A model generated the notes under the pieces. It did no database searches and was not told where the DNA came from. It was given only the letters and a program-made list of their open reading frames with translations. Below, in pieces: positions 31,781-42,369 of a stretch of 64,000 bases of DNA. The stretch is from an uncultured Actinomycetota bacterium (GTDB lineage: Bacteria; Actinomycetota; Actinomycetes; Mycobacteriales; Nakamurellaceae), in NCBI GenBank assembly GCA_963829945.1, contig CAWHKH010000015.1:10621-74620 (forward strand). Direction: 5' to 3'. The position numbers and the translations under genes are program-made. Each line of letters opens with the position of its first letter. Positions within the stretch are counted from its first letter, which is position 1.

Positions 31781-32137
31781 ATGACCCAGACCGCTGAGGA
31801 CAGCCGCCCGGACGATCCGGAGCCGACCATCGAGGTCCGCGACGCGCCGGCTCGGCGTCGCTTCGAGATCGTCGTGGACGGCGACGTGGCCGGGTTCGCG
31901 CTCTACCGCGAGCATGGCGATCGGATCGCGTTCACCCACACCGAGGTGAGCGATCGGTACGAGGGCAGGGGTCTCGCGGCGCGACTGGTCGCGTCGGCGC
32001 TGGACGAGGTGCGCGCCCGGTCAAAGTCCGTCCTGCCGTACTGCCCCTACGTGCGCCGCTACATCTCGCGCCACCCCGAGTATGTGGACCTGGTGCCGCT
32101 CGACGTGCGCGCGGAGTTCGATCTGCCGACCGAGTGA
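31781..32137 (+). CDS. GNAT acetyltransferase (YjdJ-like)
   Basis: FTHTEV....EGRGLA, P.CPYV..YI..H.EY. Confidence 0.88.
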   Translation: MTQTAEDSRPDDPEPTIEVRDAPARRRFEIVVDGDVAGFALYREHGDRIAFTHTEVSDRYEGRGLAARLVASALDEVRARSKSVLPYCPYVRRYISRHPEYVDLVPLDVRAEFDLPTE

Positions 32138-32141
32138 CGCC

Positions 32142-32810
32142 GTGCCCGAGATCCGGGTCGCCACGGAGGCCGACATCCCCGCGGTCGGCGAACTCGGCCG
32201 GCGGGTCTTCCTGACGTCGTACCGCGGAGCCGCGCCTGACGACCAGCTGCTCGGCTACGCCGACCGCTCCTTCTCGGCGACGGCCATCCGCGGCGTCGTG
32301 CGCCATGCCGCTGCGCGAGTGTTGGTTGCGGACGACGCGGGCCGGCTGGTCGGGCTGGCGCTGTGTCGCGTGCGCCCGGTCCCGGCGGTCGCATCCGATC
32401 CCGCCGCCCGCGCTGCAGCCGCGCCCTGCGAGCTGCAGCGGCTGTACGTCGACGCCGCCGGTCGCAACCGCGGGCTGGGATCGGCACTGCTGGACCGGGC
32501 GCTCGCGGACGTCGCGGAGCGCGGGCACGACCTGTGTTGGCTGCACGTCTGGGATGGCAGCCCGCGCGCGATCGCCTTCTACCTCCGGCGCGGCTTCGCG
32601 CAGATCGGTTGGGATCTCGCCCCCGTCACCCCGCCGCCACGGCTGCGCATCATGGGCATCCGCCTGCCGCACACGATCGCCGGTCAGGCCCCGCCGCGCC
32701 GCGATGATGCCGGAGATCGATGTCGAGGATCGATGCCTGGGATGGATGTCGGGGATGGATGTCGGGGAGGTCACCCGTCCGTACCGCATTCCGCGGAAGG
32801 TCCCGTCTAG
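32142..32810 (+). CDS. GNAT acetyltransferase
   Basis: ELQRLYV....RNRGLG..L, WL.VW...RA.AFY...GF. The C-terminal tail is low-complexity. Confidence 0.78.
   Translation: MPEIRVATEADIPAVGELGRRVFLTSYRGAAPDDQLLGYADRSFSATAIRGVVRHAAARVLVADDAGRLVGLALCRVRPVPAVASDPAARAAAAPCELQRLYVDAAGRNRGLGSALLDRALADVAERGHDLCWLHVWDGSPRAIAFYLRRGFAQIGWDLAPVTPPPRLRIMGIRLPHTIAGQAPPRRDDAGDRCRGSMPGMDVGDGCRGGHPSVPHSAEGPV
32703..32768 (+). repeat. Degenerate 13-bp tandem repeat (GATGGATGTCGGG-like), about 5 copies
   Basis: gatgatgccgga/gatcgatgtcgag/gatcgatgcctgg/gatggatgtcggg/gatggatgtcggg. Confidence 0.65.
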
Positions 32811-32969
32811 CGGAATCGTTGACTCAGGTGTCCTGCGAGCCACTGGGCAGGGCACTAGCGTTTGGCGTGGCCCGAGGGATCGCTCCGACGCCGTCGAGGG
32901 AGTTCGTGATGGATCTGCGCACGTTCCGTTCCGCAGGATCGACGCTCGGTCACGGGAGGCGATGACACG

Positions 32970-34370
32970 ATGTCGGACGGACGCCACAAGGTCGTCGTCG
33001 TCGGCGGCGGGTTCGGCGGGCTGAACGTCACCCGCGCGCTCGCCAACGCCGACGTGGACATCACGGTCATCGACCGGACGAATCACCACCTGTTCCAGCC
33101 GCTGCTGTACCAGGCGGCCGCGGGCATCCTGCCCCCCGGGCTCATCGCGCCGGCGCTGCGCAGCATCGTGAAGAAGCAGCGCAACGTGCGGACGATCCTC
33201 GCCGAGGCCGAGAGTTTCGACCTCGACGCGAAGGTGGTGCACGCCGAGGCCCCGGACGGGCGACCCATCGACGTGCCGTACGACAACCTGGTGGTGGCCG
33301 GCGGCGCGACCCACTCGTACTTCGGCAAGGACGAGTGGGCCGAGTTCGCGCCGGGCATGAAGACGATCGCGGACGCCCAATACCTGCGCGACTCGATCCT
33401 GTCGAAGTTCGAGATGGCCGAGCTGGCAACGGATCCGCAGGAGCGGGCCGAGTGGTTGACGTTCGTGGTGATCGGCGCCGGCCCGACCGGCGTGGAGCTG
33501 GTCGGCCAGATCGCGGAGTTGGCGCACACCGTGCTGCCCCGGGACTACCGCTCGGTGAACACCTCGGCGGAGGCTCGGATCATCCTGCTCGAGGGCGCGC
33601 CGTCGGTGCTGCCGCCGTTCAAGCCGAAGCTGCAGGCGTACACCCAGAAGACGCTCGAGAAGATGGGCGTCGAGGTGCACGTCAACTCGCTGGCCGTCGA
33701 CATGGACCACGAGTCGATCACCTTCAAGAGCCCGAACGGCATGGAGACCATCCGCGCCCGGACGCGCATCTGGGCCGCGGGCGTGCAGGCCTCGCCGCTG
33801 GCGAAGATGCTCGCCGAGCAGTCCGGCGCGGAGACCGATCGTGCGGGCCGGGTCGTGGTGAATCCCGACTGCACCCTGCCCAACCGTCCGGAGGTGTTCG
33901 CGATCGGCGACATGGTGTCGCTGAACAAGCTGCCCGGGGTCGCGCAGCCTGCGCTGCAGGAAGGCAAGTACGTCGGCAAGCTGATCCAGGCCCGGCTGAA
34001 CGGCGAGGAGGTCAAGCCGTTCAAGTACTTCGACAAGGGCTCGATGGCCACGATCGGCTACAAGGCCGCGGTGGCCGACGCGTTCGGCCTGCTGGTCACC
34101 GGCTGGATCGCGTACATGATGTGGGCGTTCATCCACGTGCTGTACCTGGTCGGCTGGGGCAACCGGATCGGCACGCTCTACACCTGGTCGCGCGCCATGT
34201 TCTTCTCGAAGTCGCGACCGCACCGGATCATCACCTTCGAGGGCGCGCACGACAACGTCGAGGAGGGCAAGACCCTCTCCGGCAGACCGTCCCCGATCCT
34301 GCAGGCGAAGGACACGGCCGCGGGCGCGATCCCGTCCACGACGGCGGAGGCAGCGAAACAGACGGGCTGA
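32970..34370 (+). CDS. ndh: Type II NADH dehydrogenase
   Basis: VVGGGFGG, HLFQPLLYQ, GAGPTGVEL, WAAGV, F.YFDKGSMATIG. Confidence 0.93.
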   Translation: MSDGRHKVVVVGGGFGGLNVTRALANADVDITVIDRTNHHLFQPLLYQAAAGILPPGLIAPALRSIVKKQRNVRTILAEAESFDLDAKVVHAEAPDGRPIDVPYDNLVVAGGATHSYFGKDEWAEFAPGMKTIADAQYLRDSILSKFEMAELATDPQERAEWLTFVVIGAGPTGVELVGQIAELAHTVLPRDYRSVNTSAEARIILLEGAPSVLPPFKPKLQAYTQKTLEKMGVEVHVNSLAVDMDHESITFKSPNGMETIRARTRIWAAGVQASPLAKMLAEQSGAETDRAGRVVVNPDCTLPNRPEVFAIGDMVSLNKLPGVAQPALQEGKYVGKLIQARLNGEEVKPFKYFDKGSMATIGYKAAVADAFGLLVTGWIAYMMWAFIHVLYLVGWGNRIGTLYTWSRAMFFSKSRPHRIITFEGAHDNVEEGKTLSGRPSPILQAKDTAAGAIPSTTAEAAKQTG

Positions 34371-34401
34371 TCCGGGACGACGCGCAGCGTGCGGTGGTCG
34401 G

Positions 34402-35800
34402 TCAGGCGCCCGCCGCCTGCAGCAGCGCGGCGATCCGGTCGTGGCCCTGTGCCTGCGCGTGCTGCAGCGGCGTGACGCCGTCGGAGTCCGCGATCCGCGG
34501 GTCGGCGCCGGCGTCCAGCAGGATGCCGACGATCTCCTGGTACGCGGCCGACCCGTCGCCGAGGATGATCGCCTCGAGCATGGCCGTCCAGCCGAGGTCG
34601 TTCACGTGGTTCAGGTCGATCCCGGTGCCGACGACCCGCCGAACGTAGTCGACGTGCCCGCGTTCGCTCGCGGGGATCACCGAAACGCCGCCGAACCTGT
34701 TGCGCTGCGCCAGATCCGGGCCCGCCGGAAGCAGCGCCTCGAGCATCGCGACGCTGCCCGTGACCCCGGTGACGAGCCACGCGCTGTCCCGCTGGTCGTC
34801 CGGCGCGTCGGGGTCGGCGCCCAGCACGACGAGCAGGCGAGCAACCTCGACGTGGTCCGCGGCGGACGCGAGCAGCAGCGGAGTGCGGCGACGGGCGTCG
34901 CGCGCCTCGATGTCGGCGCCGGCCCGGAGCGCCGCCGCGGCGGCGTCGGCGTCGCCGAGCGCGGCCGCCTGCAGCAGGAGCGACGACGCCGTCGCCGGAT
35001 CCGTCGCGGGCGCGTCGAGCGCGGTCCGCAGTGCCCGCGCGATCCGGTCGTGGCCGCCGTCCGTCGCGTGCCGGAGCGGGTCGCGGCCGTCGCCGGACAC
35101 CCGTCGCAGGTCGGCCCCGCCGGCGATCAACGCCCGGACGGTGTCGACGTAGGTCGATCCGCCGTCGCCGTACACGATGGCCTCGTCCAGCGCCGTCCAC
35201 CCGGGGCGGTTGACGTGATTCACGTCGATGCCGGCGCGCAGCAGCCGGCCGACGATGTCCGCGTGTCCGCGCTCGGCCGCGCGGATCAGCCCGGTCCCGC
35301 GGTAGGAGTCGAGGTCCGCGATGTCGGCGCCGTGCGCGAGTGTGAGCTCCAGCAGCTCCGGGTATCCCTCGCTGGTCGCGATCAGGTACGCGCTCTGCTC
35401 GGTGGCGTCCTTGGCGTTCACGTCGGCGCCGCGCGCGATGAGGTCGGCGGCCGCGGCGAGGTCGTTCGCCCACGCGGCGTCGCGCAGCGGCTGGTCGAGG
35501 GCGGGATCGCGGGTGGGCACGGGTGGGGCCTCCGGTGCGGGAGTGGGCACAGCGGGCGGTCGGCACGGCGGGAGTGGGCGCGGCGGCAGTGGGCACGGCG
35601 GGGGTCGGCGGGGCGGTCGGCACCGGCCGCACGGCCGACGTCGCGGGCCACTCGCTACCAGGGCCGGAGGAGGCGGTGGTCGCCGGTCCGGGGTCGGCGG
35701 GAGCCGGGGTGGCCGAACACGCCGCTAGCGCGAGCAGCGCGGCGAGGACGGGGGCGGCGGCCCGCGCGCCTGGACGCGGACGCGGGTGGGCGGCGGTCAT
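34402..35800 (-). CDS. Ankyrin-repeat lipoprotein with two tandem ankyrin modules, frameshift at ~35555
   Basis: ATG 35800, lipobox LALAAC, Pro/Thr linker, then two copies of A.ERGH...GID.NHVN..GWTA..EAI..GDG. Confidence 0.8.
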
Positions 35801-36438
35801 CGGCTGGCCACCTCCTGGACGGCCGCGCGGCTGCTCCGCAGGTGATCGCCCAGCAGCCGGTCGGCCTCGGCGCGGTCACCGGTGACGATCGCCTCGACCA
35901 GCGCCTCGTGCTGGGCGGCGATGGCGCGCGGATCGCTGTGCTGGCGCAGCAGCCACCGCATCCGGTCGCGGATCCCGGTGAGCAGTCCGCGCAGGAGCGG
36001 ACCGGCGGCCACGTCCTCGAGCGCCTCGTGGAACCGGGCGTTCGCCTCGATGGCGGCGGCGAGATCGCCTGCCGCGAGCGCGGTCCGGGCGGGCACGAGG
36101 CTGTCCCGCAGCCGGGCGACGCCGTCCGCCGGGAGGCCGGTCACGGCGCGGTCGACGAGCACGGACTCCAGCGCCGACCGGATCTCGAAGAGCTCCTCGA
36201 TCTCGGCGGCGGGGTAGCTGCGCACCGCGATCCCGCGGGTGGGGCGCGTGACGGCATACCCCTCGGCGACCAGGTCGCGCAACGCCTCACGCACCGGCAC
36301 CCGGGACACGTCCAGCTCGTCGGCGAGGCTCCGTTCCACGAGCCGGGCACCCGGGGGCAGGGCGCCGTCGATGATCCGGCGCCGCAGTTCGTCGCGCACC
36401 GCGCCGCGGAGCGGCGTCGGGCGGCCGACCTCTTCCAT
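35797..36438 (-). CDS. GntR/FCD transcriptional regulator
   Basis: LPPGARLVE..LA.EL.VSRVPVREAL, E.FEIR..LE, N..FH, H..LV.AI..GD. Confidence 0.92.
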   Translation of the reverse strand: MEEVGRPTPLRGAVRDELRRRIIDGALPPGARLVERSLADELDVSRVPVREALRDLVAEGYAVTRPTRGIAVRSYPAAEIEELFEIRSALESVLVDRAVTGLPADGVARLRDSLVPARTALAAGDLAAAIEANARFHEALEDVAAGPLLRGLLTGIRDRMRWLLRQHSDPRAIAAQHEALVEAIVTGDRAEADRLLGDHLRSSRAAVQEVASR

Positions 36439-36451
36439 GATCACGTCCTCA

Positions 36452-36475
36452 TGGTATACCAAATTTGGTATACCA
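36452..36475. promoter_or_regulatory. Perfect 24-bp palindrome, putative GntR operator
   Basis: TGGTATACCAAATTTGGTATACCA, two TGGTATACCA boxes just upstream of the GntR start. Confidence 0.75.
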
Positions 36476-36610
36476 ACAGCACGAGGACGGGGTTCTGCCC
36501 ACGGCCGAATCGGCCCGCCGCCGGCCCCGCGCGGAACGCGATGGGTGTCCGCCCGGTTGAGGATGATCGGGACGGGAGGTGGGAGCGATGACCCCACGAC
36601 GGCGGTGACG

Positions 36611-38477
36611 ATGAGCGCCTGGCGCATGATGCGGCAGGACAGCACCGTGGCCAACCACACCCTGGCGCCGGGCACGATCCGCCGGGTCGTCGGCTTCGCC
36701 CGGCCCTACCGCGGCGCCCTCGCGGTCTTCCTGGTGCTGACCGTCATCTCGTCGGTGATCGGGGTGGTCACGCCCCTGCTGGCCGGGGAGGTGGTCAACG
36801 AGATCAGCCTCGGCGGCACGGTGCGTGCGGTGGTGATCCTCGCGGCGGTCATCGGGGGGCTGGCCGTGCTCGACGCCCTGCTCTCGCTCGGCACCCGCTA
36901 CTACTCGTCGCGGATCGGCGAGGGCCTGATCTTCGACATGCGCACGAAGGTGTTCGAGCACGTGCAGCAGATGTCGCTGGCATTCTTCACCCGCACCCAG
37001 ACCGGCGCCCTGCGTCAGCCGGCTGAACAACGACGTGATCGGCGCGCAGCAGGCCTTCACCTCGACCCTCGTCGGGCGTGGTGTCCAACGTGATCGGGCT
37101 GGTCCTCACCGCCATCGTGATGTTCACCCTGTCCTGGCAGGTGACGCTGCTGTCGTTGATCCTGCTGCCGGTGTTCGTGCTGCCGGCCCGCTGGTTCGGC
37201 CGCAAGCTGCAGGCACTGACCCGGGAGAGCTACACGCTGAACGCCTCCATGAACACCACGACGACGGAGCGGTTCAACGTCTCCGGCGCGCTCCTGGTCG
37301 CCCTGTTCGGCCGCCCGGACGTGGAGGCCCGGTCCTTCGGCGAGCGGGCGGGCCGGGTCCGCGACATCGGGATCACCACCGCCATGTACGGCCGGGTCTT
37401 CATCGTCGCGCTGACACTGGTCGCGGCGCTCGCGCAGGCGCTCACCTACGGCCTCGGCGGCACGCTCGCGCTGACCGGCGGGCTCGAGCCCGGTGCGGTC
37501 GTCTCCCTGGCGCTGCTGCTCACCCGGCTGTACGGGCCGCTGACCGCGCTGTCGAACGTCCGGGTCGACGTGATGAGCGCGCTCGTGTCGTTCGAACGGG
37601 TCTTCGAGGTGCTCGACCTGAAGCCGCTGATCACCGAGCGTCCCGATGCCGTCGACCTCACCACCGAGCCGGCCTCGGTCGAGTTCGTCGACGTGCGGTT
37701 CGCCTACCCGGGCGCCGCCGAGGTCTCGCTGGCCTCGCTCGAGGACGTCGCCGTCCCGGACCAGAGCCCGCGGCACCCGGTGCTGCACGGGGTGAGCTTC
37801 CGGGCGGACGCCGGCCAGCTGGTCGCGCTGGTCGGTCCGTCCGGCGCGGGCAAGACCACCATCTCGCAGCTCGTGCCACGGATCTACGACGCCGACTCCG
37901 GCGCCGTGCTCGTCGGCGGGATCGACGTGAAAGACCTGACGCTGCAGTCACTCCGCGACGCACATCGGGGTCGTCGCTCAGGATCCGCACCTGTTCCACG
38001 ACTCGATCAGGGCGAACCTGCAGTACGCGCGCCCGGGGGCCACCGAGGACGAGCTGATCGCCGCCCTGCGGGCCGCGCAGATCTGGGACCTCATCGCGGT
38101 CGCTGCCGCAGGGCCTGGACACCGTCGTCGGGGACCGCGGTTACCGGCTGTCCGGCGGCGAGAAGCAGCGGCTGGCCATCGCGCGGGTGCTGCTCAAGGC
38201 GCCGGCCATCGTGATCCTCGACGAGGCGACGGCGCACCTGGACAGCGAGTCGGAGGTCGCGGTGCAGCGCGCGCTCGCGGCCGCCCTGCAGAGCCGCACC
38301 TCGCTGGTGATCGCCCACCGGCTGTCCACCATCCGCAGCGCCGACCTGATCCTGGTGGTGGTCGACGGCCGCGTCGTGCAGTCGGGCACGCACGCCGAGC
38401 TGATCGCCGCGGGCGGCACCTACGCGGAGCTGTACCGGACGCAGTTCGAGCACCAGGCCACGCCGGTCGAGGTCTAG
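36611..38477 (+). CDS. ABC exporter, fused permease/ATPase (frameshifts at ~37012, 37076, 37955, 38098)
   Basis: [44 protein letters not shown] spread over successive frames. Confidence 0.88.
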
Positions 38478-38574
38478 CCGCCGGCCGGCAAGCGCGATGG
38501 CCGCGACCCGCCGGAGCGGACCGCGGCCATCGACGAGGCTGCGAGATGCAGGCTGAGACTGCATCAGACCGGGA

Positions 38575-39474
38575 TCAGGACGGACCCGGCACCTTGAACG
38601 GCATCTTGGCGCCGGACTGCTGCGCGAGCAGCGCCGTGAAGTACGTCAGCGCGAGCGTGGTCACCAGCGCGAACCACACACCGAAACCGGGGCCGTACGA
38701 CAGGTCCTCGAATCCGAGGCCGGCGTCGTACCCGCCGCTCGACGCGAAGGTGTGGATCAGCACGAAGATCATCAGCACGAACGACAGCGCTGCCGCGTAG
38801 AACAGCCACTCCTTCTTGACCTGCCCGGGCTTCAGCACCCCGAACAGCTCCAGCGCGTAGACGACGCCCACCGCGATGGCGATCAGGATCGGGATGAACC
38901 ACCACGAGGACCACCCGGTCAGGCCGGCCGAGCCGAAGCCCCCGAGCGACACCGACCAGAACCGGAAGAAGCTGGCGATCAGGGTCAGCACGGCCGCACC
39001 GAGAACGCCCCAGCCGGCGATGGTGATCTTGGACACGTCGAAGGACGAACCCGGCGCCGGCGCCGGCGATCCGGGCGGCGGCGGGTACGCGCCACCATGC
39101 TGCGGAGCCCCGGGTGGGGCCGAATCCCTGCTGCGGCGCGTGGCCCTGCCGGGGCGGCGGGCCGTACCCCTGCTGCGGTGGGGGCTGCGTAGCCCGGGGG
39201 TGGTCCGTACCCCGGCGGCGGTCCCTGCTGGTACCCCGGCGCGCCGGGCGGCGGCCCCTGCTGGTACCCCGGCGGGGGGCCGTAGCCGGGCGGCGGACCC
39301 TGGGGCGGCGGGCCGTAGCCCGGCGGGGGCTGCTGCGGGTAGGAGCCTGGAGGTGGGCCGGACGGGGGGACCCTGCGGTTGCTGCGGGCCGGTGGACGGG
39401 CCCGACCCCGATGGGGCGTTGCCGCCGGGCGGTGGCTCGGGCGGCATGGGACCGCCGGACGGTGGTTGTGTCAC
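38575..39474 (-). CDS. Pro/Gly/Tyr/Gln-rich N-terminus, 4-TM membrane protein
   Basis: AGGAGG RBS before the GTG and 4 hydrophobic segments. PPPGY repeats are visible in alternate frames, consistent with compensating indels. Confidence 0.7.
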   Translation of the reverse strand: MTQPPSGGPMPPEPPPGGNAPSGSGPSTGPQQPQGPPVRPTSRLLPAAAPAGLRPAAPGSAARLRPPAGVPAGAAARRAGVPAGTAAGVRTTPGLRSPHRSRGTARRPGRATRRSRDSAPPGAPQHGGAYPPPPGSPAPAPGSSFDVSKITIAGWGVLGAAVLTLIASFFRFWSVSLGGFGSAGLTGWSSWWFIPILIAIAVGVVYALELFGVLKPGQVKKEWLFYAAALSFVLMIFVLIHTFASSGGYDAGLGFEDLSYGPGFGVWFALVTTLALTYFTALLAQQSGAKMPFKVPGPS

Positions 39475-39755
39475 GAAGACCTCCTAGGTCGGCGAAGTCC
39501 GGCCTGCGTCGAACGGTATCCCTCGCCATCGACACTGGATAGATGACACGCAAGACTCGATCGGATGGGCCATTGATACCCCATGACCTGCACGACCTTC
39601 CCGGCCGGGCACGCCCCGGGTTGATCTTGTCGGCCCGGTCGGCGCGGTCCGTCCCGCCGCGGCTCGCGCGGGGCGTCCGGCTCCCCCCCGACGACCGGAT
39701 CGCGGGTGCGTCCCGGCGGGTCGACTCGAACATCGCAGGGTCCGGTGCGGGGCGC

Positions 39756-40049
39756 TCAGCCGCCCGCGAAGGGCGGCAGCACGTCGACCACCGCGCCGTC
39801 GTTCAGCGTCGTCGCCGTGCCGTGCGTGGCCACCTCGTCGATCAGGTAGCTGCACCGGCGGAGCACGGTGGCCAGGGCCGCTCCGTGCCGGGTGACGGCG
39901 ACCGACAGCGCAGCGGCGAGGTCGGCGGGCGCCGGGAGCGCGATGGTCTCCTCGCGCATCCCGGCAGCCGCGCGGGCGGCCGCGAAATAGCGGACGGTGA
40001 CGGTGATGCGGGTGGTCGAGGGCATCTCCTCGACCGGCGGCTCAGCCAC
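39756..40049 (-). CDS. moaD: Molybdopterin synthase sulfur carrier
   Basis: [11 protein letters not shown]; C-terminal LPPFAGG. Confidence 0.93.
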   Translation of the reverse strand: MAEPPVEEMPSTTRITVTVRYFAAARAAAGMREETIALPAPADLAAALSVAVTRHGAALATVLRRCSYLIDEVATHGTATTLNDGAVVDVLPPFAGG

Positions 40050-41072
40050 CGATGGCGCTCATCGGCCGGTCGGGCTGCAGGAACGACGGATCGTTGATTC
40101 CGTGGCCCGGCAACTTGCCCCACATCGCGACGCGCCAGGCATCGGCCAGCTCTTCGTCCTGGCGCCGCCGCGGAGCATGCCGCGCAGATCGGTCTCGGAG
40201 CGGGAGAACAGGCAGGTCCGGATCTGCCCGTCCGCGGTGAGCCGGGTGCGGTCGCAGTCGCCGCAGAACGGCCGGGTGACCGACGCGATGATCCCGACGG
40301 TGCCGGGCCCGCCGTCCACGTCGAACAGTTCGGCGGGGGCGCCGTCCCGTGCGCCCGGGTGCGGGGTGAGGTCGAACTCGGCGGACAGCCGCTCGAGGAT
40401 CTCGTCCGCGGTGACCATCCGCGCCCGCGACCACGTGTGGCCCGGCGTCGAGCGGCATCTGCTCGATGAACCGCAGCTGGTACCCGTGCCGGAGCGCGAA
40501 CCGCAGCAGGTCGGCGCCTCGTGGTCGTTGACGTCCCGCAGCAGCAGGGTGTTGATCTTGACAGGGGCGAGGCCGACGGCCGCGGCGGCGGCCAGCGCGT
40601 CGATCACGTCCCGCAGCCGGTCACGCCGGGTGAGCGCGAGAAAGGTCTGCCGGTCGAGGGTGTCGAGCGAGACGTTGATCCGGTCAAGGCCCGCCGCGGC
40701 GAACTCGTCCGCCCGCCGGGCGAGGCCGATGCCGTTGGTGGTCAGGGACATCTCCGGACGCGGCCGGAGCCCGGCTGACCCGCTCGACCAGCTGCACGAT
40801 GCCCTTGCGCAGCAGCGGTTCTCCCCCGGTGAACCGGACCTCGTGATGCCCAGGTCGCGGACGGCGATGCCGATCAGCCGGCCCAGCTCGTCCTCGGTGA
40901 GCAGGTCGTCCGTCGGCATCCAGTCGAGACCCTCGGCTGGCATGCAGTAGGTGCAGCGCAGATTGCACCGATCCGTGAGCGACACCCGCAGGTCGCGCGC
41001 GCGACGGCCGTACTGGTCGACCAGGCCGAGCCGACCGTGACGGTCGGAGAGGCCGAGCGGGACGGCGGTCAC
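40042..41072 (-). CDS. moaA: GTP 3',8-cyclase (multiple frameshifts)
   Basis: [59 protein letters not shown]. Confidence 0.93.
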
Positions 41073-41178
41073 CGGTTCAGGGTAGCCGCGGCAGGGCGGC
41101 GCGTGCTCCTTGTGCGTCATAGTGGAGTCGAGGCCCGTTCCGCGGTGCGGCGGGGCCGGGACACCGGGAGGCGAGTCG

Positions 41179-42365
41179 ATGCGTGACGTGCTGGCCGATC
41201 TGCTCCGCTGGTGGGAGGCAGGGGAGACGGTCGGTGTCGGGACCGTGGTGGGGACCTTCCGATCGGCGCCGCGACCGCCCGGGGCGGCGATGCTGGTCGG
41301 CCCGGACGGGACCGCGGTGGGATCGGTGTCCGGCGGGTGTGTCGAGGGCGCGGTGTACGAGGAGGCCACGGCCGCGCGGGGCGGCGCCGACCCGGCGCCT
41401 GCACCGCTACGGCATCACCGACGACGACGCCTTCGCGGTCGGCCTGACCTGCGGCGGGATCATCGACATCTTTACCGAGCGGGTCTCCCGGGCAGTCGTT
41501 CCCCGAGCTCGGCGAGCTGGCTGAGTCGGTGGTCGCCGACGCGCCGGTGGCGCTTGCGACCGTGGTCGACGGTCCGGCGGACCGGCTCGGCCGGCATGTG
41601 GTCATCTGGCCCGACCGCACCGCAGGCTCGCTGGGCAGCGGGCGGCTGGACGGCGCGGCCCGCGACGACGCCCGCGGCCTGCTGGCCACGGGCCGCACCG
41701 CGACCCTGACCTACGGCCCGGACGGCCAGCGCCGCGGCGAGGGGCTGCGGGTGTTCGTCTCCTGCTTCGCCCCCGCCCCCCGCATGCTGGTGTTCGGCGC
41801 CATCGATTTCGCCGCGGCGGTGGCCCGGATGGGTGCGTTCCTCGGCTACCGGGTGACGGTGTGCGACGCGCGCCCGGTGTTCGCCACCCGCAGGCGGTTC
41901 CCCGACGCCGACGAGGTGATCGTGGACTGGCCGCACCGGTACCTGCAGACCCAGGTCGATGCGGGCACTCTCGACCAGCGCTCGGTGATCTGCGTGCTCA
42001 CGCACGACCCCAAGTTCGACGTCCCGGTGCTCGCCCAGGCGCTGCGCCTGCAGATCGCCTACGTCGGGGCCATGGGGTCAAGGGCGACCCACGCGGACCG
42101 GCTCGTGCGGCTGCAGCAGGCCGGCCTGACGCACGCCGAGCTGGCCCGCCTGTCGTCCCCGATCGGGCTCGACCTCGGCGCGAGAACGCCCGAGGAGACG
42201 GCGATCTCGATCGCCGCGGAGATCATCGCGCAGCGCTGGAACGGCGGCGGGCGGCCGCTGTCCGAGACGATCGGCGCGATCCACCGCACGCCCGTGACCG
42301 ACGCGGTGCTGCACGGCGCCGGGCTCGGCGGGCCACCGGACGGCGGGGCGGGCAGCGCCGGCTGA
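41179..42365 (+). CDS. XdhC/CoxI family molybdoenzyme maturation factor (frameshifts at ~41390 and ~41490)
   Basis: SAPRPPGA, GSVSGGCVE, GLTCGG, THDPKFD, YVGAMGSR, PIGLDLGARTPEETA. Confidence 0.9.
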
Positions 42366-42369
42366 CCGG

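Noticed and set aside
39475-39755. Riboswitch (Moco or c-di-AMP) near the moa genes
   Set aside because: No recognisable conserved motif by eye; an Rfam/Infernal scan would be needed.
40042-42365. moaA and xdhC as true pseudogenes or programmed frameshifts
   Set aside because: All catalytic motifs are intact, no slippery-site pattern is evident, and the same indel noise occurs window-wide.
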